64,000 bases of DNA. Source: Vicinamibacteria bacterium. Lineage in GTDB: Bacteria; Acidobacteriota; Vicinamibacteria; Marinacidobacterales; Marinacidobacteraceae. The notes under the pieces are model-generated. The model was not told the DNA's origin, searched no databases, and was given only the letters and a program-made list of their open reading frames with translations. Both the position numbers and the translations under genes were made by a program. The stretch spans positions 2,624,001 to 2,688,000 of the forward strand of contig CAXXLQ010000004.1 of assembly GCA_963668695.2 (NCBI GenBank), read 5' to 3'. Positions 29,845 through 38,441 of the stretch are shown here, piece after piece (the first letter of the stretch is position 1; each line of letters begins with the position of its first letter).

Positions 29845-30684
29845 TCAGGGTTCGCTTACCAGGTATGCAATCCAGGTTTCGTCGGCGGAGCCTTCGGTGA
29901 CCTCGTCGAACTCCCCGTTGCCGTCACCGTTTTCGTCGGCCCCTTCCCAGAGCACGACGGTTTTCGAGAACCCCGCCTCCGCCAGGAGTTCATGGAGCTC
30001 GGGAAGCGACCAGAAACGCCACTGGTAGCGGAAGGCGTTTCTCAGCCGGCTCCCATCCGGAAACTCGTAGTGGATCGCGCACCGCATGCGTCCGCTGATG
30101 GGGTCGAAGGCCACCTGGTCCCAGATGAAGTCGAATCCGTCCTCTTCGCGCGCGTACTCCTTTTCTTCGTGGCAATCCGAACCACCGTAGGCGTCGATAA
30201 AGAAGAGTCCGTCGGAGTTGAGAGTTCTTCGGACGCGCTCGAAGTAGTCCCGCACCAGGTCCCGCGTCTCGAAGATCCAGTAGCTGAAGTTCATCGCGGC
30301 GATCAGATCCACCCGGGGCTCGGTGACATCCAGGACGTCGCTTTCGACCAGGTCGATCCGCCCTTGTTCCGAGCGGCTCAGTTTCGCGATGTTGTTTTCG
30401 CGGCCCCAGGCGAGCGGGTCCGGATCGAGATCCACCCCGATCGCCCGGCTTTCGGGATGCCGTACGACAAATTCGCAGGAGAGGGCGGCGGTGCCGCAAA
30501 AATCCTCGCGGAAGGAGAGCGCCCGGCGAGCGCGACGGCGGTGAAATTCGTCATCCAGGAAAGCGGCGTCGGCCGGCGCGTCCTGAACCGAATTCTGGTA
30601 GAGCAGATAGCGGTCCGCCCGGTCGGCCATCGACGGACGGCGCCTGCCGCCCCGGCTCGGGCTTCGACTCACGCGACGACTCAT
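29845..30684 (-). CDS. Class I SAM-dependent methyltransferase
   Basis: REDFCGTA motif I variant, GVDLD, NFSYW. Confidence 0.8.
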   Translation of the reverse strand: MSRRVSRSPSRGGRRRPSMADRADRYLLYQNSVQDAPADAAFLDDEFHRRRARRALSFREDFCGTAALSCEFVVRHPESRAIGVDLDPDPLAWGRENNIAKLSRSEQGRIDLVESDVLDVTEPRVDLIAAMNFSYWIFETRDLVRDYFERVRRTLNSDGLFFIDAYGGSDCHEEKEYAREEDGFDFIWDQVAFDPISGRMRCAIHYEFPDGSRLRNAFRYQWRFWSLPELHELLAEAGFSKTVVLWEGADENGDGNGEFDEVTEGSADETWIAYLVSEP

Positions 30685-30699
30685 GCGGCGAGACCGTAA

Positions 30700-30878
30700 C
30701 AGCCGGTGGTGGAACCCGGGTGAGCGCCGAGGCCGGTGAGGCGCCCGGCTGACAAGGCGCGTGAGGGAGGAATACCGGGTGTATTTCGACCGAAACGCAA
30801 CGCAGAGCGCCGCAAGGCGGCGCGGTTCAGGCGGGATGGATCGCCGCTCGAACGCCGCCTGGGTTTCCCCACAGGCTG
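30700..30878 (+). mobile_element. 179-bp MITE-like element, second empty copy
   Basis: Collinear with 8731..8909, same length; TAA...TTA flanks; variant TIRs. Confidence 0.85.
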
Positions 30879-30951
30879 TTAAGGGTTACCCCGGAACGAA
30901 CGTCAGGAGGTGTGATTCAGGGTCATCGGGGGGCTACTCCCCGGCTCTTCG

Positions 30952-31350
30952 TCAGTGCAGCGTGACCGGTTCACTCAACGTGAACTCCGCGATCTCGACC
31001 TTGAAGCGGTCCCCTCCGGGGATCTCCATCAGGTAGGAGCCTCGCATCGAGCCGAAGGGTGCGCGCAGTGGACACCATGAGGAGTAGTGAAAGGACTCGC
31101 CCGGGACGAGATAGGGGCGAGCCCCGACCACTCCGGGACCTCGCACCTCTTCGAGCTGTCCTTCGCCGTGCTCGATGACCCAGTGACGACTCAGGAGTTG
31201 CACCAATTCCTGTGACTCGTTGGTGATGGCGACGTCGTACCGAAACAGCCACGCCGGGTCCGGCTCGGGGCGCCGGTCGGCGAAACGCGCTTCCACATCC
31301 ACTCGAATTCCCCGGGTTATGGAGGAAGAAGTGAAGACCTCCTGGCGCAC
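30952..31350 (-). CDS. apaG: ApaG protein
   Basis: VQLLSRHWVI, EVRGPGVVG, FHYSSWCPL, GSMRGSY. Confidence 0.92.
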   Translation of the reverse strand: MRQEVFTSSSITRGIRVDVEARFADRRPEPDPAWLFRYDVAITNESQELVQLLSRHWVIEHGEGQLEEVRGPGVVGARPYLVPGESFHYSSWCPLRAPFGSMRGSYLMEIPGGDRFKVEIAEFTLSEPVTLH

Positions 31351-31490
31351 GGATTTGATCGTAGCACGCGGTCAGCCAGCCCGTGGGCGGAGTCGCGTGC
31401 GCACCGAGGTCCCACGGGAAGAGTCGGAATTCGCCAGTTGAGCATCCCCCGAGAGAACCGGGCCGCGCGGTTTTGTCCAGGCGCTGGTAG

Positions 31491-31968
31491 CAGCCGGTGG
31501 TGGAACCCGGGTGAGCGCCGAGGCGGGCGAGACGCCCGGCTGACCAGGCGCGTGAGGGAGGAGCCCCCACCGGGAGAACTGGCCCGGGTGTATTTCGACC
31601 GAAACGCAACACAGAACGGAGCGCAGCGGAGTGGGTAACAGCCGGTGGTGGAACCCGGGTGAGTGCCGGGTCCGGCGAGGCGCCCGGCTGACCAGGCGCG
31701 TGAGGGAGGAGCCCCCACCGGGAGAACTGGGCCGCGCGGGTTTCATTACCGGCTGTTTGGCCGGGATGGATCGCCGGCCGAGCCCCCACCGGGAGAACTG
31801 GGCCGCGCGGGTTTCATTACCGGCTGTTTGGCCGGGATGGATCGCCGGCCGAGCCCCCACCGGGAGAACTGGGCCGCTTGGGTTCCACTACCGGCTGTTT
31901 GGCCGGGATGGATCGCCGGCCGAGCCCCCACCGGGAGAACTGGGCCGCCTGGGTTTCGCCACCGGTTG
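31491..31968 (+). mobile_element. Nested/tandem MITE array with 71-bp repeats and five micro-inserts
   Basis: Two left ends (31491, 31639); 71-bp period at 31711, 31782, 31853, 31924. Confidence 0.8.
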
Positions 31969-31988
31969 GTCGGGCTAGGGTTCGCACC

Positions 31989-33992
31989 GTGAGCGCTTCT
32001 TGCAGCCGATTCCCGGTGGCCGTGTTCATCGCGGCTCTCTCCGTGGTCGCGTTTGGCCGCGGAGCGTCCGCCGGGGAAGACCGCCTCCTGGTCCTTGCGG
32101 TGGATGGCGGCGGTTACGAGCTTGTTCAGGAGTTTCTCCGGGACGGAGTACTCCCGAACTTCTCCCGGCTTCGCGAGGAGGGGGCCTTTTCGGACGGCAT
32201 GGTGACCGCCTTCCCCTCGAAAACTGCGGCGTCCTTCGCCATGATCTGGACCGGGCTCCCCGGGCGGGAAAGCGGAATCACCGGGAACTCGATCCTTGCG
32301 CTGCCGGCGGCTTCCCATTCCCTGCTGGACACGCGCGACGGGTTCTCCGCCGCATGGCTCCGTACCGATCCGCTCTGGACGCGGGTGGCTCGCGCCGGCC
32401 GTCGCGCCGTCGCGCTTCATACGACCCACACCTACCCACTCGATGCTGCATTGAGCCGGCTGCGTAGCGAAGAACGCGGACAGCTCTTCATCCTCACCGG
32501 ATATGGAGACGTTCGGTTGCCTCCAGCGACCCTCAATGAGGTGCGCAATCCTTTCCTCACGGAGTCTCCGGTCCCTCTCGCCGAAGGACAGGAGTCCGCG
32601 CGGGTTGGTGGCAGACCCGGGTTCTTCCGGTTCGAAGTGGGGGAGTCGCGTTTCCTCGGAGTCTTCCTCGATGATCCCCTGACTCCGGCGAGCGGCTGGG
32701 ACACGTTCGGGGTGATGCAGGGGCCGGGCGAGCGGGATCCGGAAGCAGGAGCGCCGATCTGGCTCGCGCGGGTCGGGATAGGGCCCGACGCCGGCTTTTC
32801 CGGGCCCATCAGCGCCGACTCCGGAGGCCGCCGCGTGGAGTTCCAGGTGCGAGCCTTCGCCGCGGCGCCCCCGGCCTCCGGATCTCCGGGGCAGTACGTC
32901 GTTTTCCGCGGCGGAGCGAGCGAAGTAGCGATCCATCCGGAGGAGATGTGGCGAGAGCGGCTCGGCGAACCCGAGTGGCCCCGGACGGTTGGCGCCCCCG
33001 AGTACGCCTCGGGCCGGCTGGGCAGACCGAGGACGGAGGGTGGCGAGGGGATCGCCGAGTCGCGCCTTCTCGAAATAGCCGGCGCGATTGCGGATTCCGC
33101 GCTCGTCCACCTGGATGCCGCCGCGTCCGTGCCGGACTGGAACCTCATCGCTCTCTATTTGCCGATCGCCGACGAGATCGGCCATCTGCTCTACGGGAGG
33201 CTCGACGATCGGCTCGTTACGCATGATCTGTCGCTGGACCGAGCGCTCCGGCCGGTTCTCGCCGGAGCGTTCGGCGAGGTGGACCGCGTTCTCGGACGAA
33301 TGTTTGCGCTGGCCGAAGCGTCGGGGTCCCACCTCTTAGTGGTGAGCGATCACGGGATGTCCGGTACCGATCGGCTCCTGCACGTCAATGTGGCGCTTGA
33401 ACGGGCCGGGCTCCTGGCCTTCGGCCCCGACCGAACGGTGGATCTTTCGCGCACGAAGGCGATGCTGCTGACGACGGCGGACGGCAGCGTGGCCATCAAC
33501 CGGGCTTCACGTCCGCAGGGGATCGTGTCGCCGGATCAGGAACCGGAGGTGGCCGCCGCGGTTCGGGCCGCGCTCCTCGAGATTCGCAGCGACGGAGAAC
33601 CTGTCGTTACCGGTTTCCTCGTACCGAGCACCGATGGAAGGGTGCAGCCCGGCGGTCCAACGACCGGGGATCTCTTCCCCGTGTTGCGGCCGGGGTTCGT
33701 CCCCTCCGCCCGGTTCGCGGAAGACGTCGTGATGCCGGCCCGCGCGGCCGGGAACCACGGCTTCGCCCCCACCCGGCGCGACATGCTCGCGGTGCTGGCT
33801 GCCTGGGGGCCGAGGATTCCCCGGCAGTCGGAATGGCCACGGGCCAGTGCCCTGGATGTGGTTCCCACCGCACTGGATCTCCTGGGGCTGCCGGCGGATC
33901 CGACCCTGCCGGGGCGCTCGCTGCTCGGGGGAGCCCCGCTGGTCCGTCCCACCGGCGGCGCCCGGGGAACGCCGTCGCCCCGCGGACGTTAA
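31989..33992 (+). CDS. Alkaline phosphatase superfamily protein (nucleotide pyrophosphatase/phosphodiesterase)
   Basis: LAVDG, FPSKTAA..WTG, DEIGH, VVSDHGM, GNHGF; signal peptide; start trimmed to exclude the repeat-derived N-terminus. Confidence 0.82.
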   Translation: MSASCSRFPVAVFIAALSVVAFGRGASAGEDRLLVLAVDGGGYELVQEFLRDGVLPNFSRLREEGAFSDGMVTAFPSKTAASFAMIWTGLPGRESGITGNSILALPAASHSLLDTRDGFSAAWLRTDPLWTRVARAGRRAVALHTTHTYPLDAALSRLRSEERGQLFILTGYGDVRLPPATLNEVRNPFLTESPVPLAEGQESARVGGRPGFFRFEVGESRFLGVFLDDPLTPASGWDTFGVMQGPGERDPEAGAPIWLARVGIGPDAGFSGPISADSGGRRVEFQVRAFAAAPPASGSPGQYVVFRGGASEVAIHPEEMWRERLGEPEWPRTVGAPEYASGRLGRPRTEGGEGIAESRLLEIAGAIADSALVHLDAAASVPDWNLIALYLPIADEIGHLLYGRLDDRLVTHDLSLDRALRPVLAGAFGEVDRVLGRMFALAEASGSHLLVVSDHGMSGTDRLLHVNVALERAGLLAFGPDRTVDLSRTKAMLLTTADGSVAINRASRPQGIVSPDQEPEVAAAVRAALLEIRSDGEPVVTGFLVPSTDGRVQPGGPTTGDLFPVLRPGFVPSARFAEDVVMPARAAGNHGFAPTRRDMLAVLAAWGPRIPRQSEWPRASALDVVPTALDLLGLPADPTLPGRSLLGGAPLVRPTGGARGTPSPRGR

Positions 33993-33993
33993 G

Positions 33994-34244
33994 CAGCCTG
34001 TGGATAAAGTGGCGTGAGCGCCGAGAGCGGCGAGGCCCAGTTCTCCCGGTGGGGCCAGTTCTCCCGGTGGGGGCCCGGCTGACAAGGCGTGCGAGGGAGG
34101 AGCCCCCACCGGGAGAACTGGCCCGAGTGTCTTTCGACCGAAGCGCAACGATGAGCGACGGGAAACGGCGCGGTTCAGCCGGGATGGATCGCCGCTCGAG
34201 CCCCCACCGGGAGAACTGGGCCGCGGCACTTTGTTCACAGGTTG
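33994..34244 (+). mobile_element. MITE-like element with four 18-nt micro-inserts (251 bp)
   Basis: Aligns gap-free to 8731..8909 apart from inserts at 34037, 34055, 34104 and 34202. Confidence 0.88.
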
Positions 34245-34272
34245 CTCATTCCGGAATGCGTGCCAATACGCG

Positions 34273-35526
34273 ATGGATGTAGCCAGAGAGGGAGTCGCCG
34301 AGAATCGGCGCCGGCGGCGCCTTGTCTTCGGCGCGCTCGCGGGTGCCCTGTTCGTGGCGCTCGCCCTGTTCGCCCTCCGCTTGCAGCCGGCGGCCCCGAG
34401 CGTGGATCGGGAAACGGTTTTCATTGACACCGTACGTCGCGGAGAGATGTTGCTGACGGTGCGGGGACCGGGCACGCTGGTGCCGGTAGAGGTTCGGCGG
34501 ATCGCGGCGGGAAGCTCCGGGAGGGTCGCTCGCGTGCATGCGCTCCCCGGGGTCCGGGTGGAGTCCGATACGGTGATTCTGACGCTCGAGAATCAGAACC
34601 TGGCTCAAGAACTGACGGGGGCGGAGCTGGAACTCGCGGCCGCCGAGGCAAATCTGGACGACCGGCGAGTTCAGTTGCGCCGTCAGGTGCTGAATCAGCG
34701 ATCACTGCTCGCCTCGGTCGACGCGGAAGCCCGCCAGGCCGCCCTCGACGCGGAGGCGGACGCCGAGATCTACGCGGAGGGGATCATCGGCCGGATCGCT
34801 CTGGAAGACAGTCAAGACGCCGCTGCGGAACTCGGGACACGAGCTCGGCACGAAGCCGAACGACTTCGGCTCGCCGAAGCGGTGGCGGCGGCGGAGCTCG
34901 CGGCCGAAGAGGCGGGCGTCGCGCGACTCCGCGCCGTTTTCGAGCTGAAACGCGAACTCGTCTCACGGCTCGAGGTTCGCGCAGGAATTGCGGGCGTCCT
35001 TCAGGAGGTGTCTGCGGAGGCCGGCCAGCAGGTATCGGAGGGCGACAACCTCGCTCGGGTCGCCGAACCCGATCACCTGAAGGCGGAACTGAGAATCGCC
35101 GAAGTCCAGGCGAAGGACATCGAAATCGGGCAAACGGCGCGGGTGGACACCCGGAACGGAATCGTCGCCGGTCGCGTAACCCGAGTGGAGCCCACGGTCC
35201 GCGACGGCGCCGTGATCGTGGATGTGCAGTTGACCGATGACTTGCCGCGCGGAGCCCGTAGCGAACTCTCGGTAGATGGTCTCGTTGAGATTGAGAGCCT
35301 CGACGACGTGCTGCACGTGGGACGTCCCGCGTTCGGGCAGGAGGGGGAAGTGGTGGACCTGTTCCGGCTGGTTGCCGGCGGGGACCACGCGGTGCGGGTA
35401 CGGGTGCTCCTCGGCAAGGCTTCGGTCAACACCGTAGAGATCCGCGAGGGGCTGGCGGAGGGCGACACCGTGATCCTCTCCGACACCTCGGCCTGGGAGG
35501 GGCAGGACCGTATCCGTCTACGATGA
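34273..35526 (+). CDS. Efflux periplasmic adaptor (HlyD/MacA-like membrane fusion protein)
   Basis: N-terminal TM helix, VRGPGTLVP, coiled-coil hairpin, lipoyl half-motifs, GLAEGDTVILSD. Confidence 0.88.
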   Translation: MDVAREGVAENRRRRRLVFGALAGALFVALALFALRLQPAAPSVDRETVFIDTVRRGEMLLTVRGPGTLVPVEVRRIAAGSSGRVARVHALPGVRVESDTVILTLENQNLAQELTGAELELAAAEANLDDRRVQLRRQVLNQRSLLASVDAEARQAALDAEADAEIYAEGIIGRIALEDSQDAAAELGTRARHEAERLRLAEAVAAAELAAEEAGVARLRAVFELKRELVSRLEVRAGIAGVLQEVSAEAGQQVSEGDNLARVAEPDHLKAELRIAEVQAKDIEIGQTARVDTRNGIVAGRVTRVEPTVRDGAVIVDVQLTDDLPRGARSELSVDGLVEIESLDDVLHVGRPAFGQEGEVVDLFRLVAGGDHAVRVRVLLGKASVNTVEIREGLAEGDTVILSDTSAWEGQDRIRLR

Positions 35527-35572
35527 TCGCCCTCGAATTCAACCCACCGACCGGAAAACGGCCGAGAATGGG

Positions 35573-36286
35573 ATGTCCAACTCGGCGCCGAAAGGAGAAC
35601 CCGTGCCCGACCCCGTCATCCGACTGACCGGAATCAGCAAGATCTTCTATACCGATGAGGTCGAAACTCACGCCCTTGCCGAGGTGAGTCTCAGCTTCGA
35701 CGCCGGCGACTATGTGGCGATCTCAGGCCCTTCGGGGTGCGGCAAATCCACGCTGCTTTCGATACTGGGCCTGTTGGACACGCCGAACGCCGGGGAATAC
35801 CTGCTGAATGGTCGCTCGGTGGCGAATCTCGGACTGACCGAACGGGCGCGGATTCGCAACCGGGAAGTCGGGTTCATCTTCCAGGCGTTCAACCTGATCG
35901 GTGACCTCACCGTGTTCGAGAACGTGGAGTTGCCGCTCGTGTACCGGGGAACTCCCGCCGGCGAGCGGAAACGGCGGACCCTCGAGGCCCTGGAGCGCGT
36001 GGGGATGTCCCACCGCCGGAAGCACTTCCCGTCCCAGTTGTCAGGAGGCCAGCAGCAGCGGGTCGCGGTGGCCCGGGCGGTCGTGGGAGAACCCTCGATC
36101 CTTCTCGCCGACGAGCCGACAGGGAATCTGGACTCGAAGAACGGCACCGAGGTCATGGACATGCTCGACACGCTCCATCAGGGGGGAGCGACCATCTGCA
36201 TGGTTACCCACGATCCGCGCTACGCCGACCGCGCCGCCCGGAGCATCCACCTGTTCGACGGGCGCATCGTGTCGAGCGCGGCCTGA
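35573..36286 (+). CDS. ABC transporter ATP-binding protein (MacB/LolD-like)
   Basis: [32 protein letters not shown]. Confidence 0.95.
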   Translation: MSNSAPKGEPVPDPVIRLTGISKIFYTDEVETHALAEVSLSFDAGDYVAISGPSGCGKSTLLSILGLLDTPNAGEYLLNGRSVANLGLTERARIRNREVGFIFQAFNLIGDLTVFENVELPLVYRGTPAGERKRRTLEALERVGMSHRRKHFPSQLSGGQQQRVAVARAVVGEPSILLADEPTGNLDSKNGTEVMDMLDTLHQGGATICMVTHDPRYADRAARSIHLFDGRIVSSAA

Positions 36287-36316
36287 CCGGCGCCGGCCCG
36301 TAGAATCCCGACCGTC

Positions 36317-38209
36317 ATGGGTCGGCTCGACGCGCGCGTGGTTTCGGGGGAGGAACTGCGCCGATTCGAGAAGAGGTTGTTCACCGATCTGCGGAAGCTG
36401 AGCGACATGATCCAAGAGGGAAGAATCGAGGAGGGGGTCTATCGGGTCGGCGTCGAGCAGGAGATGTTCCTGATCGGGGACGGGAACCGTCCCGCGCCGA
36501 TGGCGATGGAGGTTCTGAAGGAGCTGGACGACCCCTCATTCACCACCGAGATCGCCCGCTTCAACCTCGAGGCGAACCTGGAACCGATGCTGATGTCCGG
36601 GGACATCCTTTCGCGGACGGAAAAACGCCTCGAAGAGGTCATGAGCGCCGCAGCCGAAGCGGCGCGCCGCGTAGGGGTGGATGTGTGTCTGACCGGCATC
36701 CTGCCGACGCTGCGGCTTTCGGACATGACGCTCGACAACATGACGCCGCTGGCGCGTTACCACGCGCTCAACGAGGCTCTGAGCCGGCTCCGCGGGTATG
36801 AGCCGTACCACCTCCATATGGAGGGGGCCGACGAGATCCACTCGACCCACGACAACGTCATGCCCGAGGGTTGCAACGCCAGCTTCCAGATCCATCTGCA
36901 GGTCGGCGCGGCGGAATTCTCCCGGCTCTACAACCTGGCGCAGCTCGTTACCGCGCCGATCCTCGCCTGCTCCTGCAATTCGCCTCTGCTCTTCGGACGC
37001 CGGCTCTGGCGGGAGACCCGGATCGGGCTCTTCCAGCAGAGTCTGGATACCCGCGGCGCCCGCGCCACGGAACGCCAACGGGCGGCGCGCGGCGCGTTCG
37101 GCCGCGACTGGATAAGCGGCGGCGTGCTCGAGATCCTGCGGGAGAACATCACCCACCACTCGGTGCTGCTCGATGCCGGAGAGGAGCACGAGGACGATGA
37201 AGATCCGCCCCGCCTTTCTGCGCTGACGCTCCACAACGGCACCGTCTGGCGCTGGAATCGTCCCTGCTACGGAGTGACCGAAGGCAAACCCCACCTGCGT
37301 ATCGAAAGCCGCTACCTGCCCTCCGGGCCGACCATTCCGGACGAAGTGGCCAACATGGCGCTGTGGCTCGGGCTGATGAGCGCGCTCTCCGGTGATGGCG
37401 TCGAACCGCACGAGGCCATCCCCTTCGCCGACGTGGCGGAGAACTTCCTGGCGGCCAGCAGGTTGGGACAAAAGGCGGAACTGACCTGGCTCGACGGGAA
37501 GCATTGGCCCGTCCGCGATCTGCTGCTCGAGGACCTCCTCCCCCGGGCGCGCGACGGGCTCGCCCGGAAACAGGTGGACTCCTCTGATATCGATCACTAC
37601 ATCGGCATCGTCGAGGAGAGGGTCCGAACCGGCCGTTCCGGGGCGCGCTGGATGCTCGACGGCTATGAGTCGCTGCGGAGCCATGCGTCCCTCTCGGAGC
37701 GGCTGAGTGCGATCACCGGCGCCGCCCGCCGGCAGCAGGGAGCCGGGATCCCGGTTGCCCGCTGGGAACTCCCAACGCTCGGTGACTCGGGCGGGTGGAA
37801 GCATCACTACCTTCGCGTTGACCAGTTCATGACCCGGGACATTCTCACGGTCCACCCCGACGAATCCGTCCGCCGCGCCGCCATCCTCATGGATTACGGT
37901 CGGATTCGGCATGTCCCGGTGGAAGAGAACGAGAAGCTGGTGGGCATCGTCTCCTACCGGACGATCATCAAGCTGGTCGCCGAAAGCGGTCTCGATGAGA
38001 ACGAGTTCCTCTCGGTGCGCGAGGTAATGAAGAAAGACCCGATCAGCATTCCCCCCTCGACTCCATCGATGGACGCGATCCGTCTCATGAACGACAGGGG
38101 TGTGGGGTCGCTTCCCGTGGTGGAGGACGGCCGGCTGGTGGGCATCGTGACGGAGCACGACTTCACATTCATCGCCCGCGGCCTCCTGGAGGAAAAACTC
38201 GCGGAGTAG
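36317..38209 (+). CDS. Glutamate-cysteine ligase family 2 (GCS2) protein with a C-terminal CBS pair
   Basis: GVEQE, TTEIARFNLE, SFQIHLQ, NSPLLFG, WRWNRPCY, HLRIESR; two CBS domains. Confidence 0.85.
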   Translation: MGRLDARVVSGEELRRFEKRLFTDLRKLSDMIQEGRIEEGVYRVGVEQEMFLIGDGNRPAPMAMEVLKELDDPSFTTEIARFNLEANLEPMLMSGDILSRTEKRLEEVMSAAAEAARRVGVDVCLTGILPTLRLSDMTLDNMTPLARYHALNEALSRLRGYEPYHLHMEGADEIHSTHDNVMPEGCNASFQIHLQVGAAEFSRLYNLAQLVTAPILACSCNSPLLFGRRLWRETRIGLFQQSLDTRGARATERQRAARGAFGRDWISGGVLEILRENITHHSVLLDAGEEHEDDEDPPRLSALTLHNGTVWRWNRPCYGVTEGKPHLRIESRYLPSGPTIPDEVANMALWLGLMSALSGDGVEPHEAIPFADVAENFLAASRLGQKAELTWLDGKHWPVRDLLLEDLLPRARDGLARKQVDSSDIDHYIGIVEERVRTGRSGARWMLDGYESLRSHASLSERLSAITGAARRQQGAGIPVARWELPTLGDSGGWKHHYLRVDQFMTRDILTVHPDESVRRAAILMDYGRIRHVPVEENEKLVGIVSYRTIIKLVAESGLDENEFLSVREVMKKDPISIPPSTPSMDAIRLMNDRGVGSLPVVEDGRLVGIVTEHDFTFIARGLLEEKLAE

Positions 38210-38259
38210 GAGCGCCGGTGTTCACACCGGCATCGCGGCCGGAGGCCGCGAGACTCACA
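38209..38259 (+). repeat. REP-like double-hairpin repeat, empty form
   Basis: GGAGCGCCGGTGTTCACACCGGCATCGCGGCCGGAGGCCGCGAGACTCAC. Confidence 0.75.
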
Positions 38260-38441
38260 GCGCCATGATCGTCTGTTGCCCGGACCTATCCGGCGATGGC
38301 GGAGCGTTCTTCCCGATTGCGCTGGTGGCGCCGGGCCGTCCCCGCCGCCTGCAACGAAATGCGGACAAGGGCGAGGGCGACGGGATTCCTTTTCCCCGGG
38401 GGGACGGCCCAACCGGGAGAATTGGCCGGCGTTCCCTTCCC

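Noticed and set aside
28858-31968. CRISPR array suggested by the periodic GCCCCCACCGGGAGAACTGG repeats
   Set aside because: The intervening sequences are near-identical MITE fragments rather than unique spacers, and there are no cas genes or leader.
28703-32029. ORFs rich in PVLPVG / PPPGELG / PHRENW / QFSRWG peptides
   Set aside because: They are translations of the non-coding repeats in different frames; GC-rich repeats lack stop codons.
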